Shown here one piece after another: positions 16,477-16,608 of a stretch of DNA of 16,608 nt. This DNA is from Bacteroidales bacterium. GTDB taxonomy: Bacteria > Bacteroidota > Bacteroidia > Bacteroidales > UBA12077. The translations under genes were made by a program, and so were the position numbers. Location: the NCBI GenBank assembly GCA_028282585.1, contig JANQHR010000103.1:1-16608 (forward strand), given 5' to 3'. Each line of letters starts with the position of its first letter. Positions within the stretch are counted from its first letter, which is position 1. The notes under the pieces were generated by a model. The model was not told the DNA's origin. It was given only the letters and a program-made list of their open reading frames with translations, and did no database searches.

Positions 16477-16514
16477 AGGCTGTCCAAAAAGTAAAAGGAC
16501 AGCCTTTTTATTTT
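16477..16514 (+). terminator. Terminator-like hairpin in the IS end, downstream of siaC
   Basis: AGGCTGTCC-aaaaagtaaaa-GGACAGCCT followed by TTTTATTTT, starting 21 bp after the siaC stop. Confidence 0.65.
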
Positions 16515-16550
16515 GTTGTCCCCTTAAAATTTACGATCTTAAGGGTCGGT

Positions 16551-16608
16551 ATGACAACAAGATCAAAGATACGATTTAAAGAAATTACTTGCCAACAGTC
16601 AGTACTGT
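16551..16608 (+). CDS. N-terminal fragment of a probable IS1182-family transposase (partial)
   Basis: Translates MTTRSKIRFKEITCQQSVL..., resembling the KI.F+.....Q.VLFP start I recall for Bacteroidota IS1182 transposases. Only 19 codons are visible. Confidence 0.6.
   Translation, partial: MTTRSKIRFKEITCQQSVL

Larger units (their letters stand above)
16473..16608 (+). mobile_element. Left end of a probable IS1182-family insertion sequence, truncated by window edge
   Basis: Inverted copy of 1-75, followed by an ATG and an open frame running to the window end. Confidence 0.72.

Overview
AT-rich bacterial DNA, most likely Bacteroidota: several TAnnTTTG -7 promoter boxes and a typical Bacteroidota gene set. 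The left two-thirds is mainly housekeeping and envelope genes: tRNA-Met(CAT), START-like protein, LptF/G permease, GT4 and GT2 glycosyltransferases, ribBA, DUF4405 membrane protein, fmt, an orphan SAM methyltransferase, GH73-LysM lipoprotein and cdd. The right third is a signalling cluster: a pseudo-receiver/PAS/class III adenylate cyclase divergent from a four-gene run encoding a REC-PP2C phosphatase, a TPR-TM-PP2C phosphatase, a SiaB-like kinase and SiaC. This resembles the Pseudomonas SiaABC partner switch, but there is no SiaD diguanylate cyclase in the window and the neighbouring cyclase is an adenylate cyclase. Both window ends carry the same 75-bp sequence in inverted orientation (74/75 identical). 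The right copy runs into a truncated ORF resembling the N-terminus of a Bacteroidota IS1182-family transposase, whose start codon lies inside a predicted stem-loop. All family calls are from motif recognition, not database searches.
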